Of a DNA stretch of 51,789 nucleotides, positions 41,601-48,551 are shown one piece after another. The notes under the pieces were generated by a model. It had not been told where the DNA came from and searched no databases. It was given only the letters and a program-made list of their open reading frames with translations. The position numbers and the translations under genes were made by a program. Within the stretch, counting starts at the first letter, position 1; the number at the start of each line of letters is the position of its first letter. The stretch comes from an uncultured archaeon (GTDB lineage: Archaea > Thermoplasmatota > Penumbrarchaeia > JASLWR01): assembly GCA_964430885.1 (NCBI GenBank), contig CAYSHM010000023.1, positions 1-51,789 of the forward strand, written 5' to 3'.

Positions 41601-43090
41601 TACTCACAGCCAATCGTTCAGGATATCTTGACCGGACCTATGATGATCTAAAGGTTGAACTTGGAAGGGTAGCTGACAGGAGCTTCATTCTTGAGAAATT
41701 CATGGTCTATGATATGGTGGAGGTTAGAGGAACGGTCACAAATGAGGACGGAAGGGCCTTAGGCGGTGTGAATATTTATTTGGGTGAGGCAGGAGGCTCA
41801 TTATATTGGGAAGCCAAATCCAATGCCAGTGGCGGATTCAGATTTGATACTATATACGGTTCATACCAGGTAGTGTTCAGAAGAGACGGATTCCGCGATC
41901 TGACCATAGATTTTGATCCAATTAACCAAACAGAAATATTGGATGTGGTGATGTCGGACGATACCCTTCTCCGAATAATTGTAAAGGATGAGGACGGCAA
42001 TCTGCTTGAAAGGGCTGAAGTTTCCATACAGAATGGTCCCACGGTGGTAGAAACCGGGACCACGGATGCTATGGGATTCTTAGAGCTTGACGGTATCCTC
42101 ATCCCTGGTACTTATATTATTGTCTTCAAAGCCGATGGATACAAGGAGGCCAGGAGGACCGGTATTGAACTGAGTTCAGGAAATGTCACGGAAGTACAGA
42201 TCAATCTAAAAGCCGAAGCTGTTTCAGACGATGGCGATAGCAGTTCCGCGCTTTCGTTGATCGGCTGGATATTGTTCATTATTGTGCTGATAATTGTCGT
42301 CCTGCTGGTAATAATTGTTGCCAGGAGACCTGCGGTAGACGGTAAGGAAGAATCCATAGATGATAATGAATCTGCTGATGAAGCGGAACCGGAGTCCGAT
42401 CTCACAGAGGGTGAGGGAGGGGATGCTGAGCCGTCAGCAGGGGCGGGAACAGAAGAAGTAATTGGCGATGGAACCGGAGCTGAAACAGGTGCTCAGGAAT
42501 ATCAAGCCCCGCAATTGGGTTCTGCTCCTATTGCAGATGAAAAATTGGCTCTTGATGATGGAGCGCAAAGAGACCTTCCGGCCTTACCTTCAGCTCCAGT
42601 CTGTCCCTCCTGCGGTATGGAAGCAGATTTCAGAAAGGATACGGATTCATACTGGTGCAAGGATTGCAAGGAGGAACTTACCAAGGACGTCGGTATATTA
42701 TCCGTGGAGGAATCGGAATCTTTGGCAGATGAGAGTGCTGTAGACGGGGAAAGTACGGAAGCTACTAAAGAAATCCCGGCGGATTCGGCTGAATCATCCG
42801 TTTCTCCACAAGGAGAGGATAGTGAAGTGGAAATTGAGCTCCAATCCGAACTTCAGGATGATAGTGGGGATGAAGAACAGAGGACCCATCAGGATCAATC
42901 TGCTATAGATGATGCAGCCGAGGCTTCGGACGAAGAGGCCGGTGCAACAGAAGATACGTCAACCACTGAGAACCCTGAAGAAAATAGTGAAGATGGTACC
43001 GTAACCGAAGGGGAAGGCCAGGAAGAGAGCCAGGATATAAACGAAGACGATCTTGATGATATGCTGGATGGAATAATGGACGATATCTGA
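35672..43090 (+). CDS. Giant (~2470 aa) single-pass surface glycoprotein: MAM/InhA-like jelly rolls, CARDB-like, Big_5-like and carboxypeptidase-regulatory-like domains, TM, acidic tail with Zn ribbon
   Basis: ATG 35672 with AGGTGA SD and a signal peptide. Three jelly-roll modules (FWHWY..GWYIDDI; FWHDF..GWYIDDI; FDHWY..GWFMTNL). DVTPPAVLETVP...VFDLVGN. TM + ARR. Tail CPSC..YWCKDC. Confidence 0.88.
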   Translation: MYSILSTRLTKSKWMSLFFVLLLLAPMGWMNLFSFSTNAVNPPDANLEEATMISGLSSFGSDEPLLIWDNDGGDQPDGLNGCESFINDSLASNGYQNITISAQGENLTAFNLTNYTVVFIVLGMGPGTGNISAPEMAELTAFLDNGGRLYVEGGDIGFQAEDASGSGEYANLWPYLGAQYQSNGTNQEYVVGCAPVITQNLSFAYTGDNASMDEIGSANGGFEILNNSGTGFGIANNKSYRTVLFTFQFGGLVDWGNFTTKDELMRRLMHFFAYEKKVDISVGKENLPTASFTDFETESDEGWTHGIVQGNIDCWERGLPTSGPNSAHSGTNVWATDLSANYLDFTDCALYMPRVDLFPNSKLEFWHWYNIERGWDFGQIEVQSQPGGNWQMISSFTGQSNGWVKETISIPNQFSGNVQIRFRIITDFIITAPGWYIDDIGLISDNGMFDHDDGYFVSNEVEIEPNVTVKNEGNVPAAFDLRARVYNQNNGTEVYNQSVLVNLTPRETMDVGFPQKWNTSTDVNATYIMEFMSLANEENGTDANNVTSFWIYVGIFTDLASQDVMFNVSDPFLPGINLTPKGKFLNLGNANISAFTASLKITDTNSTVIYWQNVSGNYLNLSWGNSTIIEFPVWQVPNGEDDYLVNLSHDFVDKDSGNDIYRTWVKGEEYYDAMVEEVLFNVSLPLNSSDVVNITVPIVNNGNIDALNFAVTCVVLNQTGSEIYNATNASVSVGLPNGNITRVAFDNIQLPSEEGDITVIIIITWPNDENQSNNLFMDDFPIDDHHDVGFPDPLDVQIVGEKQYDYFPLGPREIRTNIANFGNVNQTPTVRFDYAIEGPPRYLFFDDVEGSVANDTWTKVNFAGGQSQFHVVEPNSPHSDFHSPDHSWWLGQEATGDYADNNDAELICTRMDLRGETEATLNFWHDFKIAQDDILGIAYSLTSLDDPPNGMWQWYANWQGGNSGGWTQATYDLTPFAGQEFLLGFVALTQDNAGVPTVDDGWYIDDINITGPNPIVIDSHFVQAPELAPGQNATVTDVYDFQQNNTYFILPTTVLQGDENVANNDGYNTSMFMDFYDLSPTSIEVQGARTTFEKLDLSENDGGLIPGGRWSFEWGLPTNPTGPLSTGFNDNCWAVNLDSDYREHQDITLTYMLDLKNYTGAQLTFDHWYLTEEGNDGLWLEIKNGTNDDYLNLTPLGGYPSFTKVPWDGTRIPAYSGKSGFDPFFPEWRQPIFNISEYVGYVVEIRFHFCSDNVPNDPGWFMTNLSVIDPYTNAWYRMNSGEDCTVNFDFTNLGNIPSIQASAHLNVRGITDPGYSYQDTITISGIDPLALESDVFTTPWTPPAVEGLYWMNITLDIPNDLKPENSEIGIIVEVEDFHALAAKDILLPIENQAYALGDTIGIGALVRNWGTHPEQDVDVEIEIVDIDNASWAPVVLTDTLDDIPLKEDALMEFDWTIPDRLGARYMITLTVTHPLDENATDNVYSHIFYGLHKRSANGLFGFIVDNSSDSPYYSQALSGVDVLLVSRNTGDLMNTTQTDELGYYYFDLWDQVPGREYWVYYQKDWYYRSTYLLSLMPRTVYRMDMEMESSNLLPIARLMINGGESMTHYFIDNMELEFDFSSTLDNDDPGQMLTYRLESDISGLLFQGENDSFVTSLVSGSHNITLTVSDEMGGFASTSTTVISMNTSWKSYNIGVLTVELLCAGPGAIIIENQEVMPHLPAGYVDIHEDFHFNLKIQGDFFIEGMIITMTYTDDILHHNAYETDLGIFVYYHRPQTRSLAGWSELEVIERDFENNTLSVLNDNRTWQMDIDISMMAPEDVTPPAVLETVPVDKEKNASIYTDIYIVFSEPIQFNLLKKSDMTVKVDVVETKDYSLRYNDTERTLYIVMDSHPLDPNEKYSVKIDRVFDLVGNALEEITFSFRTKEPAVLKEKVHGYVRDKNLNPLSGASLLVDGDMVAVTDDWGYFSFYIQAGTYILTANRSGYLDRTYDDLKVELGRVADRSFILEKFMVYDMVEVRGTVTNEDGRALGGVNIYLGEAGGSLYWEAKSNASGGFRFDTIYGSYQVVFRRDGFRDLTIDFDPINQTEILDVVMSDDTLLRIIVKDEDGNLLERAEVSIQNGPTVVETGTTDAMGFLELDGILIPGTYIIVFKADGYKEARRTGIELSSGNVTEVQINLKAEAVSDDGDSSSALSLIGWILFIIVLIIVVLLVIIVARRPAVDGKEESIDDNESADEAEPESDLTEGEGGDAEPSAGAGTEEVIGDGTGAETGAQEYQAPQLGSAPIADEKLALDDGAQRDLPALPSAPVCPSCGMEADFRKDTDSYWCKDCKEELTKDVGILSVEESESLADESAVDGESTEATKEIPADSAESSVSPQGEDSEVEIELQSELQDDSGDEEQRTHQDQSAIDDAAEASDEEAGATEDTSTTENPEENSEDGTVTEGEGQEESQDINEDDLDDMLDGIMDDI

Positions 43091-43251
43091 TCATGAGCGT
43101 TCCCAGAAACCAATTTTCCTCTTTGATCATGATCCAACAAATTAAACAAGTCCTATGCTGACAAAACAATCTATGGCCATCAATATTTACTGAATAATAT
43201 GATTGATGTCGGCTGTACGTATTGATAGAAAGAGATAATGAGGCGTGATAG

Positions 43252-43824
43252 ATGAGAACTGGAACTTATACAGCAATATTGATTTCAGCAATTATGATTT
43301 TGGGAGTCGCAGCTTTGATCGCCGGGGGGGAAGGAACCCGCAACGAAGCTGATTTCACGATAGTTACCACTAGGCCGGTGAATGGAGCCACGAATGTACC
43401 TGCTGACAGCAGCATAGTGATAAAATTTTCTGCTCCGGTCAACGATACTGCGCTCAGCATTTCCAATTTCATAATAATGAACACCGGTGACGGCGATATT
43501 TTCGAGGGTGAGGTAAGTTATGATAATACAACCTACGAGGTTACCATTTCCAACATGTATCATCACAGGGAAGGTTCCCAGAATTACAGTGGTAGAGAGG
43601 ACCAGGGCGGCATCCATAAGGGAGCTACAATTGAGGTGAAGATTATTAATGTGGTATCTGCTGATGGTAAACCGCTGATCGGAAGCACAGGCAATCCAGG
43701 GGACAATTATATATTCAATTTCGAGGTTGAACCAAGGGAAGCTGATGAGGACTCTCCAGGTTTTGGGTTGATAGCTGCCTTCTTGGTCATAGCCTTGGTA
43801 GTCGTATTGGCACGCAAGAGATAA
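43252..43824 (+). CDS. Big_5/SbsA-like Ig-domain protein with PGF-CTERM sorting signal
   Basis: Signal peptide, TRPVNGATNVPADSSIVIKFSAPV, C-terminal SPGFGLIAAFLVIALVVVLARKR. Confidence 0.88.
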   Translation: MRTGTYTAILISAIMILGVAALIAGGEGTRNEADFTIVTTRPVNGATNVPADSSIVIKFSAPVNDTALSISNFIIMNTGDGDIFEGEVSYDNTTYEVTISNMYHHREGSQNYSGREDQGGIHKGATIEVKIINVVSADGKPLIGSTGNPGDNYIFNFEVEPREADEDSPGFGLIAAFLVIALVVVLARKR

Positions 43825-43840
43825 TTTCAGGGCTGAATAG

Positions 43841-45379
43841 ATGAGATTTGAATTTACAAATGTTGAAACCCAGTTTAGACCAATTCTAATAAACGGCTGT
43901 TACAGGAAAAACTTCAGGTTCTTTACGGTTTTATTAGGCCTATCTCTATTGCTGTTTCAGAGTTTTCCGAGTTTCAGTGCAGAAGGAAATACCGAAAATT
44001 CCAAAGATACTTTGGATGTGAAGGAAGGAGATTTTTTCAGATATAACTTCACCCATAGAACTGAAACCAACGGGAGGGGAGATTATGTAAGAGGGGATGT
44101 TCTTCTGAAGATACTCTCCGTAAGTGATTTCCAAATAAATATCCACTATGAAAGCAGAGGTGAAGTGTTCTTCTTTGGACAAACCGATGAATGGAATGTT
44201 AATGTAGGGTATTATTCTGATTATTCAAGTCTGGAATTTGATCTGTTTAGAGGAAATATAAGCGACGCCTCTCGAGTAGCTGCCGGCAAGGGGAACTATC
44301 ATTTCATCAATGATTATAATGTGATAATAGACCGATCCAAACCCCTGGTAGAACGATCTCTGGATTGGTCAATCCTTTCATCCACCGATCCTGTTGTAGG
44401 GCTCGCCTTTTCTGTGGATGAAGGCTCTTTAAATAGGTTTTTAGGTTTCAAAATCCCGCTTATTCCTGAGGAAAGGGGTAATTCTACCTTCTTACACCTA
44501 GATATTAATGAAATCCCTGAAATAATAAATTTCAGGGGTGATCTGCATTATTTCGGCGAGACCACAAAGATATTCAGCGGTTACCGCACCAGTGTCCACA
44601 GCTACAGTCTTGAGGATACTTGGTATATGGATTTTTCAACACATACCGGGTTTCTTCTGTTCTATGGATACAACGATCTTTTCATTGAAAATGTTCCCTA
44701 CACCTTCAGATATGAACTAATGGAAACCAATACCGATGTTCTTGAGAAATCTCAACAAGAGGATGTTGGTAATCCGGTGAAAAGCGTGGCCCGTTTCATC
44801 CCAACACTCTTCATTTTTTCCATTGCATTCGCTCTTATAGGCGAATATTTCACTGACCGTTTGACCCTGATGTCCCCAAAAAAACGCGGTGTGTTCCTTC
44901 TAATCACTCTGATAATCATCAGTGGGCTGGTCCCCGTTCAGTTATTGACATTGGAGAAAGGGATAATAATTCCTACGGATGCAGAATATCTGGAAATAAA
45001 TTATGGTGTGGATGCCACAAGGCTTGAAGTACCGGTGCAGAAGGACGATCAGTTGTTCAATGCCAATATAACTATTAGGCTTACCAATGTAGGTGCCGAG
45101 ACACTTATTGAACGGAGCTTGGAGATAGTTGTGGAGGTGTATAAGTTCGGGATAATGACTTACACCAACAGGGATATTGCAGGCCCTGACACGGCTGCCT
45201 TGGCCAACGAGTGCTCCCTTGCGGTTGATCAATCCGTAACCTTCTCGAATATAATAGTGCCTTTAGGGTTGGAGGATCCTAGATATGTTGAACTTGATTT
45301 AATTGTGATAGTGGAGCTGGGGATTGATAAAAATGATGGGGATTTCACACTGTTAGAAGAACGCATTTCATTGGGTTAA
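43841..45379 (+). CDS. Hypothetical membrane protein (signal peptide, ectodomain, TM hairpin, second ectodomain)
   Basis: 512-aa ORF with a hydrophobic N-terminal segment and two central TM helices separated by a basic loop (SPKKRG). Confidence 0.7.
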   Translation: MRFEFTNVETQFRPILINGCYRKNFRFFTVLLGLSLLLFQSFPSFSAEGNTENSKDTLDVKEGDFFRYNFTHRTETNGRGDYVRGDVLLKILSVSDFQINIHYESRGEVFFFGQTDEWNVNVGYYSDYSSLEFDLFRGNISDASRVAAGKGNYHFINDYNVIIDRSKPLVERSLDWSILSSTDPVVGLAFSVDEGSLNRFLGFKIPLIPEERGNSTFLHLDINEIPEIINFRGDLHYFGETTKIFSGYRTSVHSYSLEDTWYMDFSTHTGFLLFYGYNDLFIENVPYTFRYELMETNTDVLEKSQQEDVGNPVKSVARFIPTLFIFSIAFALIGEYFTDRLTLMSPKKRGVFLLITLIIISGLVPVQLLTLEKGIIIPTDAEYLEINYGVDATRLEVPVQKDDQLFNANITIRLTNVGAETLIERSLEIVVEVYKFGIMTYTNRDIAGPDTAALANECSLAVDQSVTFSNIIVPLGLEDPRYVELDLIVIVELGIDKNDGDFTLLEERISLG

Positions 45380-45427
45380 GGTGCAATGGCATCATGAATC
45401 ATTAGTCTTTAATAGTGTCTTCGCTCC

Positions 45428-48289
45428 TCATACCATTTTTTCTTTTAGAAGAGAAATAACGACCTCTTTGGCCTTGGGGATTCCTTCGGGATAACTCCCG
45501 CCGCCCTGGGCAAAGTTAGGTCTGCCGCCTCCGCTTCCGCGAACCTCTTTGATGCTTGCTCTCAGGAGCTGGTTCATATCTATATCAACATCCTTGCTCC
45601 TTGTCAGCAGCATCTTTACGCCACCAGTTCTTGAAACGAGCATGGCAACCACCTTTTCCTCATTGCTCAGTTCTCTGCCTAGTGCCTGAAGTTCGTTCAT
45701 ATCCATGTCGCCTTCATAGAACACGAACCTTATATCCGCAATCTTCACTGCATCGGTTACCAGGCTTCTCTGTTTACACTCGGCAACCTCCCTTTTCAGT
45801 CTGGAGATCTCTTTCTTCTGTTCTTTCCACTCCTTGAAGAACCGATCAACGGTATCTTGAAGTTTTTCTGCTGGAACTCCAAGGGGTTTTCTGGTATCCT
45901 CAATGATCTTCTCCCTTTCCTGAATATATTTCACCGCTGCAGACCCTGCTGAATATTCCAGTCTTTCCACTCCATCCTGAAGCCTCTCAGTATGAATTAT
46001 TTTGATCATGCCTATCTCGAAGGTGTTGTCTATGTGGGTTCCCGCACAGGCTTCTCTATCCCATTCTTCCACTTCCACAATACGGACGTTCTCACTTTTT
46101 GGGGGGCCCCCCTGAAATAGTTCCGAACCGAAGGTATCCATGGCCTGATCCAGGGTATACCACTTCTTTATCACCACTTTTCCCTCAAGAACGGCCTTGT
46201 TTGCTTCCATCTCTATCTGGGCAGCCTCTTCAGGTGTTAGTCTTTTAAAATGTGAAATGTCGAATCTTGCCCTGTCAGGGAACTTCTGGGCCCCCTGTTG
46301 CCAAACATGATCCCCAAGAACCTTTCGGGATGCTCCAAGAATGATGTGGGTGGATGTGTGATGGCGCATTAGTGAATATCTTCTTTCCCAGTCAATTTCC
46401 ATTTCTACCTCTTTTCCTCTCTGGAGCACTTTCTGGATAGACTCATTTTTCGCAGTCTTCTTGTCCAGCACATGGAACACCGTTTCCTTTGATTTGATAG
46501 TGTCCACTACTGGAAACACCTTGCCATCTATCCTTATGCAGCCAGTATCCCCCAGCTGTCCGCCCCCTTCGGGATAAAATACTGTCCGGTCTAGGACCAA
46601 TCCATGCTCGGTATAGGCTATAATAATACCTTTTGCCTTGGTCCTGTACTCGTCATCATAGAAAAGCAGTTCAGTCTTTGGCAGATCCATATCTATTTCC
46701 TCCTTTTCAACTTCTTCCTGGCCCTGGGCATGTTTCTCGGCCAGCATCTGTGAGAATCCGTCGGGAACTGTGAAACTCCGCCCCTCTCTTTCAATTACAT
46801 TTTTTACAACCGAGGGGTGAATGCCGTGAGAATCATAGAGCTCGATCATTTTATCAAGGGTTATTGAAACATCATCTTTTCCACCCGTATCCATGTCTTT
46901 ATCTGAAATATGGGCTCCTTTGCTTTTCTTCTTCCTTACCTTTTCGGTTTCCGTGCAGTCTCCCATACCTGTCAGTCTGTTAATTATCCGCTTTCCCTTT
47001 CTCAAAGTGTCCCTGTATTTATCGGTCTCCCTCTCCACCATTTCCATAACCATATCCTTATTCTGTGTCACGGAAGGGAAATTACTTAGAGAACCTATAT
47101 GCTCCTGGACGATCCAATCGATGTCTACCTCTCCTCCCAGATCCTCGATATTTCTCAAAGCTCTTCTTAGCAGCAATCTGGCAAGATATCCGCCCTTAAT
47201 ATTGGATGGAACAATGCCGTCTGCCAGCATAAAGGTAAGGGCCTTGGTATGATCCGCAATAATGAAGACACTTTCAAGGGGTTTCAGTCCTTTTTCTATC
47301 TCTCCGGGGCTTATGTCATGACCCATTTTATTTAATTTATTGGAAAGTGTTTCTCTGAGGTCTCTTTTTCCCTTCTGGGTTGATATCTCCATCTGCCCAC
47401 ATAGCTTAACATGTTCAACTACCATATCCCTGAACTTGGCATCGTCCAGGTCATGATAGACGCCGTAAGCATCATACATCTTTTCCAAGAGTTCCGGATA
47501 AATAGACTCATAGAGTGTTGGGGTGCCCTCAGCCATCCAAAGGAAACGCTCTAGGCCGTATCCAGTGTCTACAATGTACATGTCCATCTTGCTGTAGCGT
47601 TCATTTGCGATCTCATATTTGCCCTTGGGATCTCTTTCCATATTCATGAACACGAGGGTTGCCAATTCCAAACCGCCGACCTCTGCCTCAAGTGCAGGGC
47701 CTGCATTACCGCCGCCGAACCACGGTTCTTCCCTGTATGTTATCTCCTTCTCAGGGATTCCCAGGTCATCAACCAACAGTTCGTTGCATAGTCTTACAGT
47801 GTCCTCCTTCCAGTATATTTCTTCCTCGGGATTGTTAAAAACGTGATGGGCCATCATCTCGAACTCTGTCAAGTGTCTCCCGCTCCGGCCTATATTATCG
47901 AGATCATTGAGCCTTATACAGGGTTGGGAAATGGTCAATGGGTTTGCAGGGGGTTTTACCCTTCCGGATGTAACGTGGGGCTGAAAATCCGCTATGGATG
48001 CGATAGTCAGATAGATGTCGTCCCTCCACCTTGCCACGACAGGATAGGGTTCGAGCTCGGTATGATCGTTCTGCACAAAGAAATCCAGATATTTCCGTCT
48101 CATGGAATCCAGGTTGAAATCTTCCTTGATAAGAGGATTACCGATAAAGGTGTATCCGCAGCACTGTGAATCCCCGCAAAGCTTCTTTTCAGGGTCGACA
48201 GCCCAAAAACCGGCACCGCAGCTGGGACAAACCTTCCTAACGTAGTTGTTTTCCTTGAAATAATCCAATTCCAAATCCTTTTCGAACAT
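45428..48289 (-). CDS. alaS: Alanine--tRNA ligase (archaeal type)
   Basis: N-terminal CPSC..CGD, YPVVARWRDD, ASIADFQP, GRHLTEFEMMAHH, DTGYGLER, FYPEGGGQ, editing HHTSTH and ACAGTH, GSGGG. Alternative starts at 48295 and 48298. Confidence 0.97.
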   Translation of the reverse strand: MFEKDLELDYFKENNYVRKVCPSCGAGFWAVDPEKKLCGDSQCCGYTFIGNPLIKEDFNLDSMRRKYLDFFVQNDHTELEPYPVVARWRDDIYLTIASIADFQPHVTSGRVKPPANPLTISQPCIRLNDLDNIGRSGRHLTEFEMMAHHVFNNPEEEIYWKEDTVRLCNELLVDDLGIPEKEITYREEPWFGGGNAGPALEAEVGGLELATLVFMNMERDPKGKYEIANERYSKMDMYIVDTGYGLERFLWMAEGTPTLYESIYPELLEKMYDAYGVYHDLDDAKFRDMVVEHVKLCGQMEISTQKGKRDLRETLSNKLNKMGHDISPGEIEKGLKPLESVFIIADHTKALTFMLADGIVPSNIKGGYLARLLLRRALRNIEDLGGEVDIDWIVQEHIGSLSNFPSVTQNKDMVMEMVERETDKYRDTLRKGKRIINRLTGMGDCTETEKVRKKKSKGAHISDKDMDTGGKDDVSITLDKMIELYDSHGIHPSVVKNVIEREGRSFTVPDGFSQMLAEKHAQGQEEVEKEEIDMDLPKTELLFYDDEYRTKAKGIIIAYTEHGLVLDRTVFYPEGGGQLGDTGCIRIDGKVFPVVDTIKSKETVFHVLDKKTAKNESIQKVLQRGKEVEMEIDWERRYSLMRHHTSTHIILGASRKVLGDHVWQQGAQKFPDRARFDISHFKRLTPEEAAQIEMEANKAVLEGKVVIKKWYTLDQAMDTFGSELFQGGPPKSENVRIVEVEEWDREACAGTHIDNTFEIGMIKIIHTERLQDGVERLEYSAGSAAVKYIQEREKIIEDTRKPLGVPAEKLQDTVDRFFKEWKEQKKEISRLKREVAECKQRSLVTDAVKIADIRFVFYEGDMDMNELQALGRELSNEEKVVAMLVSRTGGVKMLLTRSKDVDIDMNQLLRASIKEVRGSGGGRPNFAQGGGSYPEGIPKAKEVVISLLKEKMV

Positions 48290-48342
48290 CAGCATCAATC
48301 TCCAAACCCTAAAATTGGAAGTTCTTGCATTATATGGTCTTT

Positions 48343-48360
48343 CTATAAAATATTTTTACC
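48343..48360 (-). promoter_or_regulatory. Putative BRE + TATA promoter of alaS
   Basis: GGTAAAAATA-TTTTATAG on the minus strand, ~50 nt upstream of the start. Confidence 0.5.
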
Positions 48361-48475
48361 CTTTTTATGGGGGAGAATATCTCCAGCAATGATCTGGTTC
48401 AACCTTTTTATGCTTATTAAACACAAATACAAAACAGATACCAGTTACATTTAAATGAATGATGATTTCAATTTT

Positions 48476-48510
48476 AAAAAATAAAAATGGGGAGGATATT
48501 TCATCCTCCC
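48476..48510 (-). terminator. Hairpin + U-rich terminator
   Basis: GGGAGGAT(48490-48497)/ATCCTCCC(48503-48510) stem, followed on the minus strand by CATTTTTATTTTT. Confidence 0.65.
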
Positions 48511-48551
48511 TTCTGCAAGGTCACATCGAGTACACGAAAAACCATTGGAAT

